A stretch of DNA of 64,000 bases from a virus. Numbering within the stretch: the stretch's first letter is position 1; each line of letters opens with the position of its first letter. The stretch lies in the IMG/VR virus record IMGVR_UViG_3300042554_001073; one strand, given 5' to 3'. Below, in pieces: positions 26,218-34,700 of the stretch. The translations under genes and the position numbers were made by a program. Below the pieces are notes generated by a model. The model was not told the DNA's origin, made no database searches, and worked only from the letters and a program-made list of their open reading frames with translations.

Positions 26218-28200
26218 TTATGAAGGATAAGCGATGAGAACGATTCCGGAACCACCGTTGCCACCAGAATATGGGCTATTGTATCCGCCACCACCACCAG
26301 ATCCTGTATTTTCAAGAGCAGATGCTGCATTACCATTTCCAGCTCCTCCATGTGGACCCCCAGGAGCGCCATTTCCACCACCTTTTGATGGAGATCCAAC
26401 ATTACCACCAGCTCCTCCACCGGCAAACCAGTATAAACCAGAAGCATCCCCATTAGTATATGCCGTAGTTGGACCCGGAGCACCAACTGTTGAATTTATA
26501 TTTCTAAATGTTGCTGGAAGCTGCATTGCTTTTCCACCATTTGCAGCATTTGGAGCACTTTGAGGTGGAGCATTTTCACCCACTCCACCTGCTCCACCAC
26601 CGCCAGCGCCATAACCACCACCTCCAGAATGACCCCAATATCCAGCACCAGATGGTTCTGATGGTCCAATAGTTCCTGGAAACGGAGATCCTTGGGCGGG
26701 ACCGGGACTAGCCGACCCAGCATATCCGCCCCCGCCACCTGATCCTCCGGGAGAACCAGTACCGCCGCCAGGTGTTTGTCCATTTCCTCCACCTCCACCA
26801 CCAGGAGCAGTTAATGGTGCTCCAAAATAAGACTGTGTGCCAGTTCCACCAGAACCACCAGGAATACCTCCACCACCAAAAAGTCCTGCTATTCCTCCTA
26901 TACCACCAGCACCAATTTGAATGCTTGTTGATACTGGATGTGATCCTATTGTAGTAGTGCCTGTTCTGTAGGCACCAGCACCTCCACCTCCACCACCATT
27001 TGCTGCCGGTCCAGTGTTACCTCCACCACCTCCACCACCAATTACAACATACTCTACATTAGTTGAAGTCCAATTTGGTGCTGTTACAAAAGTACCAGAA
27101 CTCGTAAAGGTGTGAATTGTCTTGCCGCTATAGTAACTAATAGCACCACCAGTTGCTTTTGCGGTTGCTATTAATTGTCCTATTTGATATCTTACTACTA
27201 CGATTCCGGAACCACCGTTGCCGCCACTAAAAGGTGATACTGCAGATCCAGGTGATGTGGCACCACCTCCTCCACCACCTGTAGAATAAGTACCGGCATT
27301 TCCACCAACAGTTGCTGATCCATCACCTCCACCACCAGCACCACCAGGTCCAGCAGTAAATAATTGCCCCGCGTTTCCTGCTCCGCCACCCCCTCCAGCA
27401 AAGTATCCGCCACCAGGATTTGGACCAGGTGTTCCTATTGGTTGGGTTGATGTTGAAGGTCCAGCAATAAGAACTTGAGAACCTATTCCTCCAGCACCTG
27501 CATTTCCACTAGTAACATCAGAACCTGCTCCGCCAGCGCCACCTCCACCGCCACCTGCTCTGATAAGTGGTGCTGGAGTTATACCTCCAGGATTTCCTTG
27601 TGGTGGAGATGTTGGTGGAGAGTTTCCTGTACCTGCAGTTGTAGTATGTCCACCACCACCGCCAGAACCACCAGGAGCACCTGGAACAGGAACACCTGGA
27701 GCACTAAAAGAAGGTGGATTATAGAATTGTCCTCCATATCCACCACCATTAGATGTTATAGACCCAAATACTGAATTTGAACCACTTGTATTATTCCCAC
27801 CACCTCCACCAACAGTTACTGTATAAGAACCTGGTGAAGTTGATACTGGAAATGATGAACCTGCTAATGGATGTCCGATAAGATTAGTTCTTAAACCTCC
27901 AGCACCACCGCCACCTTGTCCAGTATCACCAGACGCTAGACCTCCACCTCCACCACCACCAGCAACTACAAGATACTCAACAGTATCACCATATTTACCA
28001 GGGGCAGTTACATTAAAAGTTCCTGATGATGTAAAAATGTGTGCTCTATAAACATCGGAACCATCTATATAATCACTTATAACACCACCAGTTGCTGTAA
28101 GACCTTCTGGAGGTGGTACTTCATTGGACGCATCAGTACCTGTCCTTGAGAGGTAATCTATAAAACCAGCGATTGGATTTCCGAGTGCTCTTAATGCCAT
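26218..28200 (-). CDS. two-domain glycine-rich putative adhesin head, paralog of 24340..26199
   Basis: Same architecture, with several 23-33 nt identical DNA blocks. Confidence 0.8.
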   Translation of the reverse strand: MALRALGNPIAGFIDYLSRTGTDASNEVPPPEGLTATGGVISDYIDGSDVYRAHIFTSSGTFNVTAPGKYGDTVEYLVVAGGGGGGGLASGDTGQGGGGAGGLRTNLIGHPLAGSSFPVSTSPGSYTVTVGGGGGNNTSGSNSVFGSITSNGGGYGGQFYNPPSFSAPGVPVPGAPGGSGGGGGHTTTAGTGNSPPTSPPQGNPGGITPAPLIRAGGGGGGAGGAGSDVTSGNAGAGGIGSQVLIAGPSTSTQPIGTPGPNPGGGYFAGGGGGAGNAGQLFTAGPGGAGGGGDGSATVGGNAGTYSTGGGGGGATSPGSAVSPFSGGNGGSGIVVVRYQIGQLIATAKATGGAISYYSGKTIHTFTSSGTFVTAPNWTSTNVEYVVIGGGGGGGNTGPAANGGGGGGAGAYRTGTTTIGSHPVSTSIQIGAGGIGGIAGLFGGGGIPGGSGGTGTQSYFGAPLTAPGGGGGGNGQTPGGGTGSPGGSGGGGGYAGSASPGPAQGSPFPGTIGPSEPSGAGYWGHSGGGGYGAGGGGAGGVGENAPPQSAPNAANGGKAMQLPATFRNINSTVGAPGPTTAYTNGDASGLYWFAGGGAGGNVGSPSKGGGNGAPGGPHGGAGNGNAASALENTGSGGGGGYNSPYSGGNGGSGIVLIAYPS

Positions 28201-28218
28201 TTTATAGTTTTTGAATAT

Positions 28219-29241
28219 TTATGCTAGTGTTCTGTAACGAATGATAATAATTCCAGATCCACCTGCGCCACCGGCAGTGTTGACTGGTCCTCCACCGGCG
28301 CCACCACCACCACCACCAGTATTGGCAGTTCCCGGATCACCTACAGTATCAGTGCTTTTTCCAGCACCACCACCACCAGCTCCACCAGAACCAGCAGTAT
28401 TACTTGTTGGATGTGTTCCCCCTCCACCACCACCTGCTAAATATCTCCCAGGCTGTGGTCCCGTGGTTCCATAAGAATTTGGTATTGAATATTCTGCAGT
28501 AAAACGACTTCCACTACCTCCAGGTCCACCAGATCCTGGTTGTCCAGAAGCAGTAGCTCCACCTCCACCACCTCCACCAGATGATCCAGATGATCCTCCT
28601 GGATAACCTTGCGTATAAGGTGGTCCTGAAGGAGGGTATCCAGAACCAGGAGCACTTGGAGCATTAGCATCAGCACCAGCGCCACCACCAGATCCACCGG
28701 CAGCAGCATTTTGTCCCTCATTAGCTCCACCCCCGCCGCCACCAAAAGCAGTATATCCAAAAGCAGTTGTATCAGATCCATTTGGACCAGTTCCTGGACT
28801 ACCTGTTGGTGCCGGTCCTCCTGCACCAACAGTAAATGAATAGTTCTGAACTGTTACAGTATGTGTTCCTGGAGTATTTGGACGAAGTGGATGATTTAAG
28901 AAGTTTGTAAGGAGACCACCGGCACCACCTCCACCTCCGCCTCGGCGGGTATCTCCATTTTGGGAATAACCACCGGCACCACCACCCGCTATAAGAATAT
29001 ATTCAACTTCACCTGGACCATTTACATTTGTTACATTAAATGGTTGTGGATTAGATGTTGGTGTAAAATAATGATATGTGTAAATTTTTCCATCTGGAGA
29101 TGAAACATTTTCTTCTTTTACTCCACCCGTTGCTGTAATTCCCGATATTGATGCAATAACGGGCTTAGAAGCCCTATTCCCAGTTCTATTGAACCGATCC
29201 CTAAAACTTGCTGCGGAATTACCAAGTGCTCTTACGACCAT
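28219..29241 (-). CDS. glycine-rich putative adhesin head
   Basis: ITATGG...YHYFT...SYGTTGPQPGRYLAGGGGG...GGSGIIIIRY. Confidence 0.8.
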   Translation of the reverse strand: MVVRALGNSAASFRDRFNRTGNRASKPVIASISGITATGGVKEENVSSPDGKIYTYHYFTPTSNPQPFNVTNVNGPGEVEYILIAGGGAGGYSQNGDTRRGGGGGGAGGLLTNFLNHPLRPNTPGTHTVTVQNYSFTVGAGGPAPTGSPGTGPNGSDTTAFGYTAFGGGGGGANEGQNAAAGGSGGGAGADANAPSAPGSGYPPSGPPYTQGYPGGSSGSSGGGGGGGATASGQPGSGGPGGSGSRFTAEYSIPNSYGTTGPQPGRYLAGGGGGGTHPTSNTAGSGGAGGGGAGKSTDTVGDPGTANTGGGGGGAGGGPVNTAGGAGGSGIIIIRYRTLA

Positions 29242-29243
29242 AA

Positions 29244-29645
29244 TTAGATATCAGTGTCGCCATTGACTAGGAAATTAACAGCAGATCCAATACCAGCACC
29301 ACCAGTATCAGGAGCATTAACTTCTACAACTAACTTGTCCTGATTTGTCATTGTAATCGGATAATTGGTTTCAAAGAATGTAGTTTCACTTGGTGCCAAA
29401 TCAACTCTTAAAACTCTATATGCTGTTTGAGCTACACCTGTTACTGAAACACTGCTTGGGTAAAGATATAAAGAAGTTCTTGCGGTTCCAAGTCCAGTAT
29501 TGTGCATTACAATACTTCTAATGTAAGTAGTAGAAGCAATTCCAACACCACCTGCGGTTGGAGTTACTCCAACAGTTAAAATTCCTACTGTAGCAATTCC
29601 TGTTACTGAGGTTACATTAAGAAGTTCTGTCTTTCTAAGTGCCAT
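29244..29645 (-). CDS. small beta-rich virion protein (adaptor family, copy 1)
   Basis: GGVGIASTTYIRSIVMHNTGL...ETTFFETNYPITMTNQ...GDTDI. Confidence 0.85.
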   Translation of the reverse strand: MALRKTELLNVTSVTGIATVGILTVGVTPTAGGVGIASTTYIRSIVMHNTGLGTARTSLYLYPSSVSVTGVAQTAYRVLRVDLAPSETTFFETNYPITMTNQDKLVVEVNAPDTGGAGIGSAVNFLVNGDTDI

Positions 29646-29665
29646 TTTCCCGTCCTTTTTTATAT

Positions 29666-29881
29666 TTAGAAGAAGAGACCTGAAGTGATGTCATTAGCAC
29701 CACCAGAACCTGCTGCGGCAACGCCAGTAAGATTAGAACCATCTCCATAATATGTAACAATGCCAGTAGTTGCAGTTACAATACCTGAAGAAATTCTAAC
29801 AGTACCTATAGTACTGACCCCAGTAACATTAAGTTGTCTACTGTCATCAATAACAGTAGTTCCTGAAATCTTAATTGCCAT
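29666..29881 (-). CDS. short tail-fibre stub
   Basis: MAIKISGTTVIDDSR; GIVTYYGDGSNLTG; C-terminus NDITSGLFF. Confidence 0.8.
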   Translation of the reverse strand: MAIKISGTTVIDDSRQLNVTGVSTIGTVRISSGIVTATTGIVTYYGDGSNLTGVAAAGSGGANDITSGLFF

Positions 29882-29908
29882 CTTCGTGTTCCCACTCGGC
29901 GTTTCTTA

Positions 29909-31678
29909 TTATTTAGCGTTCTTAAGTTCTTCTACTTCTGCTTTCAATTCCTTGATTGCTTCAATCAGAACACCAATAATACCATTATAGTTCACAGTCT
30001 TGGGGTCATTGCCGTGAACCAGTTCAGGAAGAACCTGTTCTAGTTCTTGTGCGATAACACCATAAGAAGGAGTACCACTTTCTTTCCAATCAAACTTAAC
30101 ACCACGAAGTTGTTCTACTTTAAGTAGTGCGTTATTAACTGTTGTTATATTTTCCTTATAATTTTGATCAGAAAGCGCATCAAAATCTTGAGCAGTTACA
30201 ATACCAGAAGAATTAATATTTCCAGTTATTAGTCTGGTTGAAGTAATAATACCAGTTACATTAATACCACTTGGATTGATATTTAGAATTGAAGATCCAA
30301 CAGATACAAATGTCTGCTGCCCTGCCCCAGGCGAGAATAATCCAGTTGTCGAATCACCAACGAATGAGAGACTTGGATTTGATGCTGTTTGTGGAGCAAG
30401 TGTTATTGATGTAATCAGTGATGTAACAATACCAATATTAAATGGAGCAGCATCAACCCATTGAGCACTATCAGTATCTTGATAGTAAATAAACAGTCTA
30501 CCAAGATTTGTGTTATACCAAAGATTTCCAGATGTTATTACACCAACAAATGCGTCTCCTGGAGTAGATCCAATACCAATAGAAGCACTTCCTCCACCAC
30601 CACCTTCAAAGTAAATGGTAGCAATGCCCACATTGCCATCATAAAGAGCAGTAGATACTCCAGCACCTCTAAGATCTAAGAAAGAAACTCCATATCCAAC
30701 CACACCACCAGTTGTTCCAACTCCAATCGTAGCAGTTAGATTTCTAGCATTTCCAGTTAGGTATGAACCATCTCCATAATATGTGACAATACCCGAAGTT
30801 GCAGTTACAACACCAGAAGAAACAAGAACTGTTCCTAAAGTTGAAATACCAGTTACATTTAAATCAGTCGTATCAACATTTGATACTAAGATATCACCAC
30901 CGTTAATATCGACTGTGGCAATAGTTGCGATTCCAGTTACATTTAAATCAGTCGTATCTACATTAGATACTTCAATATCACCAGCATTGATATCAACTGT
31001 TGCGAGTGTTGTAACTCCAACTACATTTAAATTATCAGAGATATCGACCGAATCATTAATATCAACATATCCACCAATAGTTGTCAACCCAACTACATTT
31101 AAATCACCAGAAACATCAACCGAATCATTAATGTCAACATAACTTCCTAGAGTTGTTAATCCAACAACGTTTAGGTCTACATTGATATCAACAGATCCAT
31201 TAAAGTCTGTAAATCCAGCAAAGGTAGAAATTCCTGGACTATTTCCGACATATAAGTATTCACTAACAGTTAAGTTGGATAGAGTAGCATCATCAAGTGT
31301 TATATCATCAACACTTAAATCGCCAGTAATTCTTACATCACCTTGTACATAAAGTGCCGTTTGTCCTGTAGATACTGGAGATCGAACATCCAATAAGTAA
31401 GCAGGAAATGCTGTTCCGACGCCAACAGACTGACCAACTCCAGATGGACCAGCAATAACACTGAATACTTCTCCAGCATTACCAACTCTTAATTCATTTG
31501 CTACCGTTGATATTCCACCAACATAAGAGTCAGTAACTCCAATTCCACCATTAACGTGGAAGACATATCTCGGAACCGTCGTACCAATACCAACCTTATC
31601 TACTGTAGCGTCTGCGACGATAAGATTGGTATTTACCTCAAACCCGTTCTTTACAACAAAGTTCTTATTGATTGCCAT
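29909..31678 (-). CDS. tail fibre with internal tandem repeats and C-terminal peptidase S74 chaperone
   Basis: LNVVG/LNVTG repeats; ALSDQNYKENI...LRGVKFDW...VNYNGIIGVLIEAIKE. Confidence 0.85.
   Translation of the reverse strand: MAINKNFVVKNGFEVNTNLIVADATVDKVGIGTTVPRYVFHVNGGIGVTDSYVGGISTVANELRVGNAGEVFSVIAGPSGVGQSVGVGTAFPAYLLDVRSPVSTGQTALYVQGDVRITGDLSVDDITLDDATLSNLTVSEYLYVGNSPGISTFAGFTDFNGSVDINVDLNVVGLTTLGSYVDINDSVDVSGDLNVVGLTTIGGYVDINDSVDISDNLNVVGVTTLATVDINAGDIEVSNVDTTDLNVTGIATIATVDINGGDILVSNVDTTDLNVTGISTLGTVLVSSGVVTATSGIVTYYGDGSYLTGNARNLTATIGVGTTGGVVGYGVSFLDLRGAGVSTALYDGNVGIATIYFEGGGGGSASIGIGSTPGDAFVGVITSGNLWYNTNLGRLFIYYQDTDSAQWVDAAPFNIGIVTSLITSITLAPQTASNPSLSFVGDSTTGLFSPGAGQQTFVSVGSSILNINPSGINVTGIITSTRLITGNINSSGIVTAQDFDALSDQNYKENITTVNNALLKVEQLRGVKFDWKESGTPSYGVIAQELEQVLPELVHGNDPKTVNYNGIIGVLIEAIKELKAEVEELKNAK
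30849..31200. repeat. tandem coding repeats (84-nt and 72-nt periods) in the fibre shaft
   Basis: 26-nt identity at 30849..30874 / 30933..30958; CCAACTACATTTAAAT at 31017 and 31089. Confidence 0.85.
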
Positions 31679-31713
31679 TTGGGTTCACTCTCCCCCAATT
31701 AGATTTTAATTAT

Positions 31714-34700
31714 TTATCTAGGAAAATCGGGAACTCCTGGAGGAAGAATCCAGAAATTTGCTGTAGTGTAACCATAAACACTTCCAGCAGCCTCGTTAAA
31801 GAATGAATTTGAGGATCCACCATAGAATCCATAATAATAAGTTCCAGGAGCTATTGAAAAGATGGAATAATCTCCACCATATCCCCTTGCGCCTCCAATA
31901 CTAGTTTCATCCCAAGCTAAAGCAAGAAGAAGATATGCGTAATTCGTATTTTCCCAATCAGTGAGGCTTCTCTTGAGAGGAATACTATTTGCCCTCTTCA
32001 TTCTTCTAATGTTAAAAGGTCTAGCCTCTGTGATTCCAGTTCTACCACCATCCCGTGTCGCAGTAATACGATAATCTTGAGTCTCTGCCAGGTCAAGGAA
32101 ATTCTGCCATCTAGCATCATCAATACAACTATCGGTTCCAGGAAGAACTCTACCAGTTGTTTTTGTGAAAGTTCTTGGATCTTTACCAATCGTAGCAGCA
32201 GAGAAAATAAGAATTCTACCCGAAGAATCTATATAAAAATCTCCAACAGTTTCAAAAAGTCTCATAATAAGTTTTGTTTCTTGAGCATTATGCCCACCAA
32301 GAGTAGCATCAACAACTGTTACGGATCCATCAGTATATCCTGATCCACCGCCTCCACCGCCTCCGTTGATACCACCATCACCACCAGTAACTCCATTTCC
32401 CCCGACACCACCAGTAAACTGAGAATTTCCAGATGTTTGGTTTATGGAATATCCATCTTTAAATCCTCTAGAAATAGCAACACTATTCGAAACTTCTCTA
32501 CCATCACTAAGTCTAAATTTCACTGTTCCTAAATCAGAACAAGCAGTTCTTCCCTGATCTCTCCAATAAACACCCTTTGTACAGGAAATTGTTCTTCCTC
32601 CAGTTGTTCCTGTAGCTTTTGAATCTTCAGAATATATTAGAGTCGCACCAGAAGAAGATCCAAAAATACCATTACCACTCATTGTACCTAATGGTATGGC
32701 AACTCCACCATTACCAGAATTCTTACCAAATCCATTTTCTCCAGAAACTCCAATACCACCACCTCTTCCACCATTTCCATTTGTTCCAGCAGATCCACCC
32801 TGAGCCACACAAGCAATCAACTGTGCTTTTCTGTAGAGATACAGAGCGGTTTTTGTTTTTATTCCTTTTACGATATATTCATCTCCCTTTTTCATCGTAA
32901 ATCTTATCTTAGAATATCCCCCTTCTCCTCCAAAATATACTTTAAGATCCGAACCCTTAGCACCAAACATTTCAAATTCGACAGTTACATCACGATCTTT
33001 TGCGTAGAAACAAATAGTATCCGAATCAAAATCATCAGATGTAATAGTATAATCCAAATTAGTCAAATCAAACTCACGAAGAGTTGCTGTAGTAGAATTT
33101 GAATCATATGCTTCAACTTCAATTACGGCACGACTTGTTGGTGCTACAACATCAAGTTGTGAAGTGTTTGTATAAACTGGAGAATTACACGCTGTTGGAT
33201 GTGTAATTTTAGATCTTACAAGACCTTTAGATACGCTTGAAAGAGAAATTTCAAGATTTGATGTTCTGGATCCTCTAACAAACGTAGAAACATCTACAGA
33301 TTGGGATTGTCCGCTTACAATAGAAGTTGCTGTTGGGGTAAAGTTTGATGTATATTTGGCAACACCTTTATAGATGTTAATATCTTGTAAATAAGCAAAG
33401 GGATAATAATATCCTCTATCGTGACGACCACCCCAATGTTCAACTCCAATATATCCAACGTTTAATCCACCAAATTTTTGAGTAGACCAGTTTGATACAG
33501 GTTGAGATAAAATTAGATTTCCATTGATAAAAAATTTGACTGATGTAGAATCTCTTGATACTGCCAAGTGATACCACTTACCAACCTCTATTGTCGATTG
33601 TCCTATGGTTCTATAAGTTGAATGGTCTGCCAAATAAAATGTAATAGCAGATGAATCTGATGTAGGAGTGCTTCTAGAATAAGCAAACCAAGTTCCACCA
33701 CCCCTGTTATTTTCTTGGAAATAAACTCCACCACCAGCATTAATAAGAACTTCATAACCACCAACACTACCAAACTGACCAGACTCAGTTCTAAGACCCT
33801 TTTGAAAATTTGTCCAAAGTTCTAAAGTGAAATCACCAGTTCCAAAATTAAAATCTTCACTTATAGGAAGATTAACATAGGAGTTACCATCAAAATATGC
33901 TGCTCCGCCATAAAACTTACCGGTTCCAGTTCTCCAACTTGGGGAAGTACCTAAAGTTGTTCCTGGTGTAATTGCTTTTTGGTTAGCAGATAAATCTGTT
34001 AAAGATAATTGACCAGTTCCATTATCCCATAGTGGGAGAGAAAGAACCAATCTTCTATCAACGATACCAACAGTAGATGGTATAAAATTGGAAGTATAAA
34101 CACTATTAGCATATATTTGGAAGTCTTGAATTCTCCCAACCATATTGTAAATATTTCCAGGTGTTCTGCCAATTTTTACATCAGTTGCTCTAATATTACT
34201 ATTAAAAACAGTACTTGCTACTTGTACACCATCAATAAACAATCTTAAAATAGAATCTTGTTTGGAAGATGTCTCTGGTGTTGTTCTTGTTACGGCAACG
34301 TGATGCCAAGTATTTAAATTAAACTGACCACCAGAAGCGATAATAGTAGTATTATAATAAACCTCAAGTTGTTCTGAACCAGGAGAACCACTCAATTGAG
34401 AAGTGCCATTCTTTCTTATAGATAATTGATTTTGTCCATAAGTTCCCGTGGAAAAAATATCATTGAATCCCGTATTTGTAAAATATACCCAAGATTCTAC
34501 GGTAAAGTCACCAGTACCAAAATTAAAATCGGATAAAGGTCTTAAATCAATAAAAGAATCTGAAGTAAAGTTAGCATATCCATTATAAAATTTACCTCCA
34601 GCACCAGAAGTCCAAGTAACACTAGTATTAGTTACTGTATTCGCAACATTTGTAAGGTCTTCCAGAACAAGACTTCCAGTATTCTTATCCCACAATGGAA

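Noticed and set aside
24340-28200. Possible diversity-generating retroelement TR/VR pair
   Set aside because: Mismatches between the repeats are mostly synonymous and not adenine-specific, both copies are coding, and there is no reverse transcriptase in the window.
3440-28829. Many Pro-rich or Val/Leu-rich ORFs antisense or out of frame to the Gly-rich genes (e.g. 3630..3872, 14557..14802, 24404..24592, 26234..26563)
   Set aside because: Shadow ORFs produced by GGT/GGA codon runs; no RBS, promoter or operon context.
3392-29241. CCACCACCA runs resembling CRISPR or microsatellite arrays
   Set aside because: They are poly-Gly codons; there is no constant repeat-spacer periodicity and no cas gene.
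3392-29241. Collagen-like or antifreeze/ice-nucleation function of the Gly-rich proteins
   Set aside because: No sustained G-X-Y triplets or ice-nucleation repeats. The pattern fits polyglycine-II bundles, and ice binding cannot be supported from sequence.
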